From assembly GCA_032718475.1 (NCBI GenBank), contig JAUCBJ010003535.1:17126-81125 (forward strand): 64,000 nt of DNA, given 5' to 3'. The stretch comes from Nemertoderma westbladi. Taxonomy: Eukaryota; Animalia; Xenacoelomorpha. The notes under the pieces were generated by a model. It was not told where the DNA came from. It searched no databases and worked only from the letters and a program-made list of their open reading frames with translations. A program made the position numbers and the translations under genes. Below, in pieces: positions 23,499 to 36,860 of this stretch (the first letter of the stretch is position 1; every line of letters begins with the position of its first letter).

Positions 23499-26400
23499 AA
23501 GGGCTATTCATGATTTCCACAGTTAAGTGGACATCAATATGTCCGAACATGAAACACAGTATTTCTTCAATTTTAATAGCTCAAGTCCTTGGTAGTAGTC
23601 TAAACCTTTGTAAAACTATTCAGTGCAATTTCACAACCGTCTATAAAACAATCGATTCAATTTGATCCCATTTGAACATACTTTATAAGGACAGTTAACC
23701 CCATATCATCTAAAGAGATTCATTTTTGTTATGAGCTTATCCCCAAGACTAATCTATACTTAATAAAACCGTACTCTCAAATTTAAAATTATTCACTTCC
23801 AAGAATAGTAAATGTTTGCTCTAACTAGAACATAATCAATCAGCCTTTACGAATTATGTAATTCCATAACGGAAACTTAATATTATTTCAATACCTAATA
23901 AACAAGTGAGTTTACGATGTTTACGATGGTTACGACGGTTACATTATATCCGTTATGGAATTACGTTATGGAATTACTTGATCTTGAATCCTATTGGACT
24001 AAGTGTTTTGTTGCTATTTATAGCAGCTTACATGCTGCCTGGGCTTTTCCTGAGCCAGTTTGTGTGTGTGTTTTTCAATATTTGTTATATGTCTGAAACC
24101 AATTGCCAGAATTATAATATTTAAATTTCACTGTTTTGTCTGCTCTACTTTGATCTTAACAGAATCGCACTCTAAATCGTGTTTATATTATTTGATAGGT
24201 ACAGTACCCCGAAAAACCGAAATTTACTTCTACAACAATTGCTTTGACTGTGCCTTATTTAATAGCGGAATTAATCTATATTTAATTACAGTAGGCCTAT
24301 CAGAGAATGGGAAAACCGAAATCAAATGCAGATATGCAGATATATTCAACTTCGGAAGGTATTGGATAAAGATGAGTTAATCGGTTAGATAGAGAGAGGA
24401 AGAGCAAAAAACGCCAAGAATTTATCAATGGAAAGTTTGAATAAACTTCGAGTCGAAACTAGATTACGAGTTCAAAAATTCAGGAAACTAAAATCTGTCA
24501 AACTTTCTCAAACTGCCACTTATAATGCCACAAGTACCATAAGTATGCCGCATAAGCAAGCATACCACAAGTATGTCGCCTTCAAGTCGGTATACTATGA
24601 TTCAATCAATATGTAAAGCTGTTCAGCGTGCGTAACGATCGATGCTTAACAGTCCACGCAAGAAGTCTTGAGTCATAAGGAAACTCGCCATGTCCGAGGG
24701 AATCGCTATCATAAAGCATGGAAAAGCGACAACTAGTAACCGTGGGATTGATGAACATACAATTAACACCATTATTGTCGAATATTATTCGAATGATGAG
24801 ATTTCAAGTGTTTCGCCAGGGAAAGCTGATAGTGGGAGGCCAAAAACTGAGAAAACAAAAACGGCATTTGATAATGACATTGACTGAAGCGTTTGCGTTT
24901 GTCATCTTTAAAGATACCAAACCTGATATCAGTGTTGGTGTTTCGAAAATTAGCTCATTACGTCCCGCCCATGTGTTATTATCATCTCAACTTCCTCGAA
25001 ATGTTTGCACCAAAATATAATTATATTATTGATTGCTCTCCATCGCGAGTTGCCCGAAGTCTTTCCATTATACGGCCCAGAATTTATACAAAGCAGTGTG
25101 TGTTTGCGATTGCACTAACAAGCTATCAACAAGCTAATATTAGAGGGCTTCCCTCTAATAATGGTAACACATACACAATGCTATATTTTATAGTATAGTA
25201 GTATGATTTTTCATGGCTTGCGTTTATGGGCATATTAATCAGTAGTATTTAGTATTGTAACTGTAAATGTGTTGTTAATAATATTTCTCATAATTGTATA
25301 TATTTGCGGCTCATACATTTTATTACTTTAATTTTTTAATTAATTAGTTAAACTAGTTTTAATTTATTAATTGGCTATTTTAATTTCTACATAAAATATC
25401 AGAATATAAAAAGTTAAAAAAAAGTGTAAATAAAAACGTTATCTTTAATTTATTTTGCCAATTTACCAATTTATAATACCTTAATTTTAGTTACTTATTG
25501 CAGGTTTTGTTACATTTTGTTTTATAGTTTCGGTTTGTGATTTTTCACGTTGTCGCACAAACTTAAATGTGTAAAAAAAGCTCTGTTAGGCCGCAATGCA
25601 TAAGCAATGCATAACACAGATATAACAGGGGGGGGGGGCAGCAGTGGAAAATATCCATAACGGCCCATCTTCCTGGTTAAAAATTGGGTTGTCTTTGTAT
25701 TCGTGGCATCCTGTCTACCAAACTTATTTCCCGAGATTCAATTCACCTGGGAATTCTTCGAAACGTCCCATAGGAAGGGGCCTTGCGATCATATCGGTGG
25801 TCTTGCTAAGCGACAAGTCCAGCGTGTAGTAAATAGTCGGAGGATGATAGTTAATGACGCACGGATGTTTGCAGAGGATCTTTCAAGTGTAAACAATAAT
25901 ATTTATATTATATTATTGACTGAAGACGAAATCAGAGACTGGGTAACAAAGAATATTGCAGAGTTATGGGAAAATGTTTCGGGAGTTGAAGGAACCATGA
26001 ATATTCATCATATGGAACCCAAACCAACAAATTTTTTGTTAACGCGTTTCACTGCAACCGCCACATCTTGCACAATACATTATTTATGGATGCGCTATTG
26101 ACGGATTCGCTTCCCACTAAAGAAATTAGAAATACAGCCATTGCTGGTATCGACGTTTACGTTGTAGTGCTTTTCAATGGTGAATATATGCCAGGGCAAG
26201 TTATGGGCATAAATACTACCCTTGCCCATGTGTCTGGCACTGATCCTGATGCATTGCATGAACTAACCATTATTATGGAGAAGAGTATTGGATATGCATG
26301 GGAGTGGAAGTTTATACATGAAGATTTGCGAACCCAACATAATAAATAAGCGGGGATTATTTCGCGTTCTGGAACTCGATACTCTGTTTGGGTTTAATTA

Positions 26401-26846
26401 CTTTCTGATTCCTAATTTAATAATACAACTTGTTATATATCTATTGGGTTCTCTAATATACTTTGTATCGGCATCAATTACACAATTTATTACTATCTTT
26501 TAACTATTAATAACAGATTTTGTTAACGTAATTCCATAACACTTCGGAAATGTAATTCCATAACGACATGTATTTGATATAATATTCATTTCAGTTGATT
26601 ACTACTTTATCTACACAATTATTTCCAAACTACATCTAGTTTGCCTCGTCATAACTAGTAGTGAATATTCTAGGTATTATTAGTTCGCAGGGAAATAACT
26701 TAGAAAAGTATTTAAAAAATCTCATGTATTTTTTTCATGTAATTCCAAAACACTGATTATTATATTGAATAAATTTAACATAACAAACATTTTTGAAACT
26801 GAGTCCGATTGTAATTCCATAACGGTGGAATTCATGCAAAAGACAT
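23499..26846 (+). mobile_element. Decayed DNA transposon with fragmented transposase, probably Sola-type
   Basis: ORF pieces 24428-26349 include FTWEFFETSHRKGPCDHIGGLAKR (HGKGPCDGxGG-type motif). Degenerate TIRs catgatttccacagtta and taacggtggaattcatg; repeated subterminal gtaattccataac at both ends. Confidence 0.7.
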
Positions 26847-27829
26847 CACTAACAAAATAAAACATAAAGCCGAATCACAACTCGCTATCTCTCACATCCA
26901 AAGAGGCCTTGCTGAGAAGGTGAAGCTAAAAATAAAACATGTGGCTGAATTCAATTAGGCAACAGTTAACATGTTAAGTTAATAAGTCGTGTGAATCAGT
27001 ACTGCCGGTTGCAGTGCAGTACACTGTAAAAAAAATGAAACATTTGCTTCATTTTTATTATGGTAAAAGAATAAAAGCATCAATACGGGCGTTTTTCCTT
27101 TAAATTGTTTGTGGTGAAATTGATCCACTCTATTCTATGTGAAATACCTAGAATAATTTCTTTAAAATGCATTGTTTTACCCCAAAATATTTGAGAAATA
27201 AAATAAAAATATCTATACACATTAATTTGCCTTTAAACAATTGTGTAAATATTAAACTGAAATCACCATTATACCACTGGCCGTATTTCTTTTCACCATG
27301 TTATACAGTAATATGGTGTAACACATTTATTAATCCAGATAAGTTTTCGTGATTTCCTATTATAATAATTAAGGTAAAATACCAATTAGAAGTGTACTTT
27401 TATACATTTAAGTGTCTGCCAATTTCACCATGAAAATGGTAAATAATGAAAATGGTTAATGGTAAATACCATTATTATCAACTTTAAAATAAACATCCGC
27501 TACACAACTTAAAATGTCTGTTTTTGATTTTTATTTTAATCAAATTAAAATTAAAATCGTTATGTTGTTATGTTATGTTATTTTATTGCACCGAGCAGAC
27601 GATTTTGATGACAAAAATTAAATTTTAGTTTTTTGGTAATAAAAGGGTTTCAATACTGTGAATTATAACAAAAAAAGCCAACATATTTTATGATTTTGTT
27701 TGTTTTGACAACACGTTGCTTAAAAGCAACACGGTGCGACAAAGGAACGTAATAATGAAGAAATATATTATAGTGAATGTTTTTTTCTGTCTGATTTGTT
27801 TCAGTTTTGTTCCACTTCTTTCAACTGTT

Positions 27830-28170
27830 TGTATGTCTGTCTACCTTCCTACCTGTCTGTTCGACTGTCTGTTCGTATGTCTGCCTGTCTGTCTCCATAC
27901 CTGACTGTTTGTCGGGGTCTGTCTGTCTGTCTATCTGTCGGTCTGTGGTCTGTCTCTCTGCATGCCTGATGGTTTATCGGTCTGTCTATCGGGATTTTCT
28001 TATAGAAAAGCAACGGGGGGCTAATTTTATCTAAAAGTTTGTACCCGGTGTTATTTTTTTGTGCTCTTTCTATTTTCGACTGTGTTCGGCAGTTTTTGGA
28101 GTGTGTTCGGGTGTGTTGGAGTGTGTTCGGGTGTGTTGGGGTGTGTTCGGGTGTGTTGGGGTGTGTTCGC
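27830..28170. repeat. (TCTG)n microsatellite and (GTGTGTTCGG)n minisatellite
   Basis: Direct reading at 27830-27990 and 28080-28170. Confidence 0.85.
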
Positions 28171-28715
28171 TTGTATTCTGTAAAAAGATCTATCCAGACA
28201 TCGGGAAACAACTTTGACAAGGTATTGGATAACGTCATTTGCATGGAGCCACATACCCGCAGTAAGGTTGATGCAGCCGTTACTGGGTTATTTACACATA
28301 CAGTACTGTAGATAATATTGTTTTAAAATAAATACAAATACTTGATCGTAGATAGATGTGGGATTATCGTCGTCAGTTAGAGCTGTACACTGGTATCGAT
28401 TGGTACATACTGTAGAATAGGGATTATTGTAGATTGTCTGCAGTCAATACCTACTACATACACTTATACTGTAGTGCAGTAGGCCTTGTCTTCAGTACAT
28501 CTATATAATATACTGTATATGGAGAAAGAGAAACAAGACAACTTATTTTCTTAAAATGGTGGCAAATTTACTTTAAATAGGCCCCTACCTACTGTACATA
28601 TTGGACGGATAATACAACATCTGACAATTTTTCCCAAATAAGTCACATATTTTTAACGTCAATTATTTAGTACTTCCAAATTTATTCGTAATTATTATAT
28701 AATTTATTGTTTTAG

Positions 28716-28814
28716 AGTTTTTAATCGAGTTAGTTCAATAAATCAATGCAGTGAAGCAATAAAGAAGATGCCAAGTGTATTTTGGAAACGGATGAATAAT
28801 AGAAACTCACAGTG
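28716..28814 (+). CDS. Exon of the ZMYND11-like gene, N-terminal extension (VFNRVSSINQCSEAIKKMPSVFWKRMNNRNSQ)
   Basis: ttttag acceptor, 99 nt, phase 2 to phase 2, donor TG|gtaagt. Joins 33700 in frame. Confidence 0.65.
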
Positions 28815-29098
28815 GTAAGTAATAAATAGGCATAAGTAGGGTAAGTACTGTATGTACAATAGAAACTCACAGTGGTAAGTAAGAAATAGGCATAAGTAGG
28901 GCTCAACAGAAGCTTCGGCTTCGGTTCGGTTCGGGCCGAAGTTTGGCAATTTCGGTTCGGTTCGGCTTCTGCAATTGATACTGCAGAAGCCAGGAGCAAA
29001 CTTTGCTAATTATTCCAAGTATTATATTGACTGATTGAGCTAAGACCAGAAGACAGTAAGACTAATCAATCTGTCCATCGTTGTACTAATTAATTTTG

Positions 29099-30496
29099 GG
29101 GTGCAAACGTTAAGCAGACACTGGTGCAGAGCAGACAGTAGGTACAGACAGTGGTGCAGACAGTGGTGCAGACAGTGATGCAGACAGTGGTGCAGACACC
29201 TGGTGAAACAGTGGTGCAGTCGTGCAGCCACTGGTGCAGACAGTTGTGCAGGCTTTGATACAGACAGTGGTGCAGACAGTGGTGCAGACACTGGTGCAGA
29301 CACTGGTGCAGACAGTGTTGCAGACAGTGGTGCAGACACCTGGTGCAGGCACTGGCTGACTGGTGCAGACACTGGTGCAGAGCAGACAGTGGTGTAGACA
29401 GTGGTGCAGACACTGGTGCAGACAGTGGTTCAGACACTGGTGCAGACAGTGGTGCAGACAGTGGTGCAGCCAGTGGTGCAGACAGTGGTGCAGCCAGTGG
29501 TGCAGACAGTGGTGCAGATACTGGTGCAGACACTGGCAGACTGGTGCAGACAGTGATGCAGACAGTGGTGCAGACACCTGGTGAAACAGTGGTGCAGTCG
29601 TGCAGCCACTGGTGCAGACAGTTGTGCAGGCTTTGATACAGACAGTGGTGCAGACAGTGGTGCAGACACTGGTGCAGACAGTGTTGCAGACAGTGGTGCA
29701 GACACCTGGTGCAGGCACTGGCTGACTGGTGCAGACACTGGTGCAGAGCAGACAGTGGTGTAGACAGTGGTGCAGACACTGGTGCAGACAGTGGTTCAGA
29801 CACTGGTGCAGACAGTGGTGCAGACAGTGGTGCAGCCAGTGGTGCAGACAGTGGTGCAGCCAGTGGTGCAGACAGTGGTGCAGATACTGGTGCAGACACT
29901 GGCAGACTGGTGCAGACAGTAAAGGCTGAAAGGGGCGAGCAGGTTAGTAAAGGAGCAGTTTAGTAAAGGAGCAGGTTTCAGAGGAGTATTGGGGGAACCA
30001 AAACAATAAACGTTATTGTTTTGGAGGCTAAGAATACCCAAGGGCCAAGAATACTCACAGGCTAAGAATACTCGCGGACTAACAATTCCTGAGACCTTAC
30101 TGTAGTTAGTCTGCACTGTCTGCACCACTGACTGACTGTCTGCACCAGTGTCTGCACCACTGTCTGCACCAGTGTCTGCACCACTGTCTGCACCAGTGTC
30201 TGCACCACTTTCTGCACCACTGTCTGCACCACTGTCTGCACCAGTGTCTGCACCACTGTCTGCACCAGTGTCTGCACCACTTTCTGCACCAGTCTGCACC
30301 ACTGTCTGCACCAGTGTCTGCATCACTGTCTGTACCAGTGTCTGCCGCACCACTGTCTGCACCACTGTCTGCACCAGTGTCTGTACCACTGTCTGCACGC
30401 TGCACCACTGTCTGCACCACAGTCTGCACCACTGTCCGCACCAGGTGTCTGCACCACTGTCTGCACTGCACCACTGTCTGCTTAACGTTTACACCC
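29099..30496. mobile_element. Foldback/Mutator-like element with modular 12-bp-repeat TIRs
   Basis: Termini gggtgYaaacgttaagcagac, inverted (TGCAGACAGTGG)n arms, and a 9-bp TSD ttaattttg (29090-29098 and 30497-30505). Confidence 0.9.
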
Positions 30497-30593
30497 TTAA
30501 TTTTGGACTGAACTTCCATTTAAATGGCATTATTTTTTTAATTGTTTTCAGTTTACTTGGGTAGTTTCAAAATTAGCTTATAATTATACAGTA

Positions 30594-31960
30594 CCGTAAA
30601 ACGGGGTGACTTGATACAGTTTTTGCCTTTAACTGTGAATATCTTTTGAAGTTTTTATCCAACACAGATGGAATAAAAAGACAATTTTATAGTCGGGATG
30701 AGTACTACACCACTAGACTAAAGCACTATTTCAGGTGCTTAGTCTAGTGGTGTTTTTTTTTTAAAAACCAGCTGTATCAAGTCACCCCACCTAACGGGGT
30801 GACTTGATACACGAGCAAATTTTCCGCAATAATACCACTCTGTGAATGAGTTTGGATCATGTTGTAGGCTGTGGGGGTGACTTGATACATCTTGGAAATT
30901 TTAAAAAAAGAACGAAGTCCCCACCTAATGGGGATATAAAATTATGGCTAAAATTAAAAATAACTCAATTTTTTATGAAAAAATATTAAATATTTAACAA
31001 GTTAAATTGCACTTTAAAAACGGAAAAGACCTTCATTGCATAGTGCCATCATGACACCAATAAGTAAGACAATACATTTTTAAAAAATCTGCAAACTAAA
31101 ACAATGAATATAAGCACAAATTTTGCAAATTTAAGGTTTAAGTAAAGATGAAAAAATATTTTAGAAAATCTAACTTATAACAATAGGCCTAGTTAACAAG
31201 TTAAATTGCACTTTAAAAACGAAAGAGACTTTCATTGCATTGTGAAATCCTGACTCCAGTAAGTAAGACAAGACATTTTAGAAAAAACTGAAAATTAAAT
31301 CAATGAATTTAAGCACAAATTTTGCAAAATCAAGGTTTAATTAAGTAAGATAAAATTTAAAAAAATACTGCAAACTAAATTAACAGATCAATGTAGGCCC
31401 TATTTAAGCACAAATGTTGCAAAATAAAGGTTTGCAGTTGGTATCTATCAATATACTGTACTCTATCAATAAACACTATCAATAAACAATACTGCAATAT
31501 ACCCTACACTGCCGAAGAGGATATGATTTACAGTTAACCAATATGTATCAAGTCACCCCATTTTGAGACACACTTTCAAAAAACGGGCACTCCACCCCCA
31601 ATTCATATGAAAATGTGTAAAATTTTTTTAGGATCATAATATTCAAAGACATCTATTAGCATCTGTAAAAATAATTTTTGAACAACATTAACCCAAAGTG
31701 TCAAAAATTCGACCTATATTTTGACATTGAAAAAAAGTGAATTTTTGAAAAATGCATTTTTGGCTCTAGTGATCACAAATGCGAAGCAATGACAAAATTT
31801 ATTTTAATATTTGACAGACAATTTATTCAGACATCTTCTAACTGTCTAATATTTCAATTTTTATCATAAGATCACGCAATCACCCACAATCCGTTAAAGA
31901 AAAAAAGTATAACTTGCTGTATCAAGTCACCTCAATGTATCAAGTCACCCCGTTTTACGG
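30594..31960. mobile_element. Non-autonomous Tc1/mariner (pogo-like) element
   Basis: Perfect TIR ccgtaaaacggggtgacttgataca with a TA TSD, and internal copies of ggggtgacttgataca. Confidence 0.92.
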
Positions 31961-33699
31961 TAGTTTAGGTTAGGCTAAATAGGCCTATTGCCATTTTACT
32001 TTGTAGTACCTATTTTTTAATTAATCATAACTTTGATACATAATACCAAATACAGAAATATACCTACTACCTCATACTGTCATATAAATAGTACTACCTG
32101 TACTTTTAGTGAGGTTTTCTAAATTTTATGTCACTACTGTACGGCTTACTACGGATGAAAATGTGGTGCATACAGTAGCAGTAAGTATACAGTAGTTTAG
32201 GTTAGTAATGCTGTACAGTAATGTAAATATTGTCATTTTATTTTGTAGTGCTTATTTTTTTAATTAATCATAGCTTTCTTGCTAAGTCCGCAGACCAAAT
32301 AGGTACCAGTCTGCCACTGCCAGTCAGCCAGTATAGTGACGTAAAGACGAATTTATGACCATAACTTGCTAACTTTCTGAACTTCGGTTCGGATTCGGTT
32401 CGGTTCGGCCCGAAGTTGGCCCTGCTTCGGTTCGGTTCGGTTCGGCACCATAAAGTGCCTTCTGTTGAACCCTAGGCATAAGTAGGGTAAGTACTGTATG
32501 TACAATAGAAACTCACAGTGGTAAGTAAGAAATAGGCATAAGTAGGGTAAGTACTGTATGTACAATAGAAACTAACAGTGGTAAGTAAGAAATAGGCATA
32601 AGTAGGGTAAGTACTGTATGTACAATAGAAACTCACAGTGGTAAGTAAGAAATAGGCATAAGTAGGGTAAGTACTGTATGTACAATAGAAACTCACAGTG
32701 GTAAGTAATAAATAGGCATAAGTAGGGTAAGTACTGTATGTACAATAGAAACTCACAGTGGTAAGTAAGAAATAGGCATAAGTAGGGTAAGTACTGTATG
32801 TACAATAGAAACTAACAGTGGTAAGTAAGAAATAGGCATAAGTTAGGGTAAGTACTGTATGTACAATAGAAACTCACAGTGGTAAGTAAGAAATAGGCAT
32901 AAGTAGGGTAAGTACTGTATGTACAATAGAAACTAACAGTGGTAAGTAAGAAATAGGCATAAGTTAGGGTAAGTACTGTATGTACAATAGAAACTCACAG
33001 TGGTAAGTAATAAATAGGCATAAGTAGGGTAAGTACTGTATGTACAATAGAAACTCACAGTGGTAAGTAAGAAATAGGCATAAGTAGGGTAAGTACTGTA
33101 TGTACAATAGAAACTAACAGTGGTAAGTAAGAAATAGGCATAAGTTAGGGTAAGTACTGTATGTACAAAATGAAATAGGCATAAGTAGGGTAAGTACTGT
33201 ATGTACAAAATTAAATAGACATACCTAATAGGAATTACCTATTAATTGTTAGTAAGCACAAAAAGAAATAGGCACAAACTACGGAAAAATAAGTGCATCC
33301 CGGAATTGTGTTGGTGGTTACACCAATACTGTTGCTATGCGACACGTATTAAATCCTTGGTGTTGTCTCAAATCCCACCGACATACCTTTAAATTTAATG
33401 TGTGCCCCATGATTGGTTATAGTCCATGCTCTCTAAGTTATGTGCCCCATGATTGGTTATACCCCGTAGGCCCTGCCTCTTCTCTAAGTTAAGACCAAGT
33501 GCTCTGATAAAATAAATATATTGTTGGAATATAATGCAAAGTGTTATTAATATTGTGTTATAATAATTATTCTGTATGAATTTAACAATGTTACAAAATA
33601 TAATTATTAATTACTGAAGACTTTGTATTCTACGCTTTATTATATATTTGTATGCCTATTTATCAACAAGCCCATCTTCACTTACCATTATTTTTCCAG

Positions 33700-33856
33700 C
33701 ACCTATTCATCTGGTGATGATGATGGTCTTTCGGCTGCTAACGACTCTATCGTAGGGATAGACGATTCGGCCTCCCAGATGGGAGTACCAAAAAGAAAAC
33801 AACACCAAACACAGAAGAGAACACTAGATACATCATCTAGTGATGAAGCACATTGG
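33700..33856 (+). CDS. Exon of the ZMYND11-like gene (TYSSGDDDG...DEAHW)
   Basis: tttttccag acceptor, TGG|gttagt donor, phase 2 to 0, in frame with 28814 and 45660. Confidence 0.7.
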
Positions 33857-35739
33857 GTTAGTTAATATATTTTATTATTATTTCACCGTAATCTTACAAA
33901 AGGTTTCACGACAGCGACAGGTTAAATAATTATGATTTTAAATTCATGTTTTGCAAGAAGGTATGTACTTCTCCGCAAAGATAGTGGACATTGGTTCATT
34001 ATATATAAAGGCCACACCACTTGAATGCATCGCTTGCCTGTCGCTGCCATTATAGTGCCATATAACTACATCATACACATGGTGATGAGTATTAACGAAT
34101 TATGAAGGCAGTGGCCGACAAGTCTTATCCATTCTCTCTCAGGGAGATGATGGGTTTTTGAAATCTGCGTTATGTTGAGATTGTACAATGTCTGGATTTG
34201 GTATTTTTAAACATCAAACGCCCATAAGTTTCTGCCAAATAGCAGCCCATGCTCTACTGCTACCCGAATAAATTTACCTTCAGAAAGGGTGTGATACCAG
34301 GTGATTTGTATACCTTTGATAGTTATTTAAAATGCAGACCATTCTGCAATCGGAGGTTTTCCGCAGATTTCCAAAACCAAGACTCTAAGTAGCAGAAAGT
34401 CACCTACTGTACATGACCCACAAAGCCACCCTACTTCTGAATACAAAGTGACGGTCGTTGACCTGCTGTATGAGCAGGAATCAAAGTTTACACCCACTTT
34501 TAAAAATATAGGAAACATTGGATATTGCTTGTTTTAGACTTCTAGGTAGTGACTGACAATCAATGTCCAATGTCACTGACATAAATCCCAAATCTTTAAC
34601 AAGTCAAGGTCCGTCAAGTGTATTGACAGTTGTTCTGTAATTCTACAACCTCTACAGTAGATGGTTGTATCCCACCCCATCTACACTACAATGTATATAT
34701 TTATTAGTATTATTATGTTTTCAAGAAGATCCTTCCACAGCACTCCGCCACAACGTATTACAGTTTTTGACTTTGATTGTAGTATTGTATACGATAACCA
34801 CAAACCAAAATTAATAAATCTATTATTCTAAACATTTATTTACATGTACAGTAGGTGTAGAGTACTGTAGGTGCACAATGTAGGTTTAGCCTACATGTAA
34901 GCCATTATTAGCAGAGACATGGTACAGTAGTAAGCAAGAGATGTAAGGTAGTATTGAAATTTGTCATAAAGAGGTGTTTAATTAGTGGAACCCAGAGATA
35001 AATTGAGATAAGAGAATAAAACGAAATAAAAGAAAAATAATTACAGTAATGGAGGGTGCAATTACTTGTTTAGCTACAACTTTATTTACATGTATCTTTA
35101 TCGTGAGAAGCTCCAATTCTTAGGCTAGTATGGAAATACATTTCCATGGGGGCTGTCGAAGAAAACTGTCAAATTTGTGGTGGTCTTCTTAGAATTAACA
35201 AAACGTCTAGAAGAAAAGTCTGATAGTAAAAATAGCAGATTGTAGTAAAGAACCTTTACAGAACCCATTCTGGTATCCATGAAGCCGTGAATCCGTGATG
35301 TGATTCAATATAATTATATTGTATAGTTTCGATTCGAGATTACGAGATTCCATGGAGAGATAATAATACTGTAATGTAGGTTGCCCTTCTTGGGATCTGG
35401 CACCAACATGTACGTTATCATTTCTTGTACAGAGGCAAATACTGTCTACTGTAGTAGACCGACCATCTCTATTCTGTCTACTGTAGATCTATGATGATGC
35501 ATGATGAATGAGCTCAAAAAACTCAGGAATTGTAAAGACCTCAGACACCATCTACTCCACTGAAACAATTAGTAAAGTATTAATGCTCTTGGCAAGACAT
35601 GGGCTCCATCCTCCTGCCTTTCGGATCAAGTTTTGGTTCAATAATTCTGTTCAACATTACTCTGTTGAATAGTTTATTTACAATCGAAATGAGGCTGATC
35701 CCACGATATGTGACCCATTAAGTCTTAATGGGTCACATA

Positions 35740-36000
35740 GCAACAGCTTGGTCTAGTGGTGACATTCACGGGCTTCCAATGAGGAAGGCCTAGTCGATCC
35801 CTAGATGAGGCAGCACTGTTTGGGCCCAGTGCTTTAAATTCTGCAGCCTAGCCCAACCCTGGCTTTCATCCTTTACTGGTCGATAAATGGGAACCAAGGC
35901 AACTAAGGAAACGAGTGGAAGGGTTTACTGTGGAAGATCACCCATGGTGGTAAACAGGCATTCCTTGGACAAACCAGCCTAAAATATTCTCCCATTCATT
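35740..36000 (+). mobile_element. Old tRNA-derived SINE with Nin/Deu-like central domain
   Basis: A-box-like tggtctagtgg; ctggctttcatcctttactggtcgataaatgggaacc resembles the conserved Nin/Deu SINE core. Confidence 0.55.
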
Positions 36001-36149
36001 AAGTCTAAAGTTTCCTCTAGTTTTTTTTTGGTACAGCAGCCATAACTTGTTATTATTTCTTGAGGTGAAAAATTAGCGTGGTACATGTTTTGGATATGGA
36101 ATAAAGGAGTACTTTTGTAAATCTTGAATACATCAGGAGGTATGCCACC

Positions 36150-36860
36150 AACAAGTTATTTGCCATACAGTAGAATATGCAGCAGTTTATACTTTGGAAA
36201 ACCTTATCATTTTCATCTTCATTGGAAGTAAAAGGGACTCATTGTTTTCATCACTCACAACATTAACAAACTCTTTGTACCTCTCACAGTGAGCTATTTC
36301 TTAACAGACCAGTGCGTACTGTAAGACCTGTTGATGTGTTGAAGCAGACCACACAGTAGTAGTGAATTTTTCTCCTCATTATGGTTCTTAAAGGCAGAGC
36401 TGTCATACTGAAGAGAGGACTTCTGCACAGTCATGTTCGAACGAAGACATCAGAACGCCTTTTCATCAATACTTTTTTTGAAATACAATACAGTAGGATA
36501 GATCTGTGGCTTATGTCCACTGGGTAGGTGCCCTAGATATAGAGTTTCACTGGTTTCTTCGGAATCCTGAGTGATGGCCAAAAACATATCATTGGCGAGG
36601 ATCAAATCTTCAACAACATTTCTAAACTTCGGTTGATGTGGTTGCTGTACACCAAAGCTTACTGGAGCTGAATGGCATAGAGGCATATTGAGTCCACAAG
36701 ACAAAATAGCAATAAAAGTTCATTGATCTGTACAACTGGTTCATTAGCAGGAGGGTACCGCTACGTACATGTAATTGATACCACATTGGAAAAATATGCA
36801 TTAACTTCCAAGCGAAACATGACAAATTGGCAGCGGATAATTCTACTAAACGTTTCTTCT
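36150..36860 (-). pseudogene. Highly decayed RecQ-like SF2 helicase relic, possibly from an Academ transposon
   Basis: Frameshifted motifs in the expected order: LSCFAxxxxHIFPMW (DEAH region), CTATTSTEV/RNVVEDL (TATA), PTVLYFKK, LQYDS, CVVCFNTSTGL. Confidence 0.4.

Larger units (their letters stand above)
28897..32474. mobile_element. Non-autonomous hAT element
   Basis: TIRs tagggctcaacagaag and cttctgttgaacccta, 8-bp TSD ggcataag, subterminal (ttcgg)n. Confidence 0.92.
28798..33207 (+). repeat. 60-bp tandem array spanning the splice donor, interrupted by a hAT nest
   Basis: Unit aatagaaactcacagtg|gtaagtaagaaataggcataagtagggtaagtactgtatgtac; about 2 copies at 28798-28896 and about 12 at 32475-33207. 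Confidence 0.95.

Noticed and set aside
28188-28261. Additional exon (SIQTSGNNFDKVLDNVICMEPHTR)
   Set aside because: Plausible composition, but I could not find splice phases that join it cleanly to both neighbours, so it is left uncalled.
32353-33208. Minus-strand ORFs with YCTYSTYPTYAYFLLTTVSF repeats
   Set aside because: They are translations of the 60-bp array.
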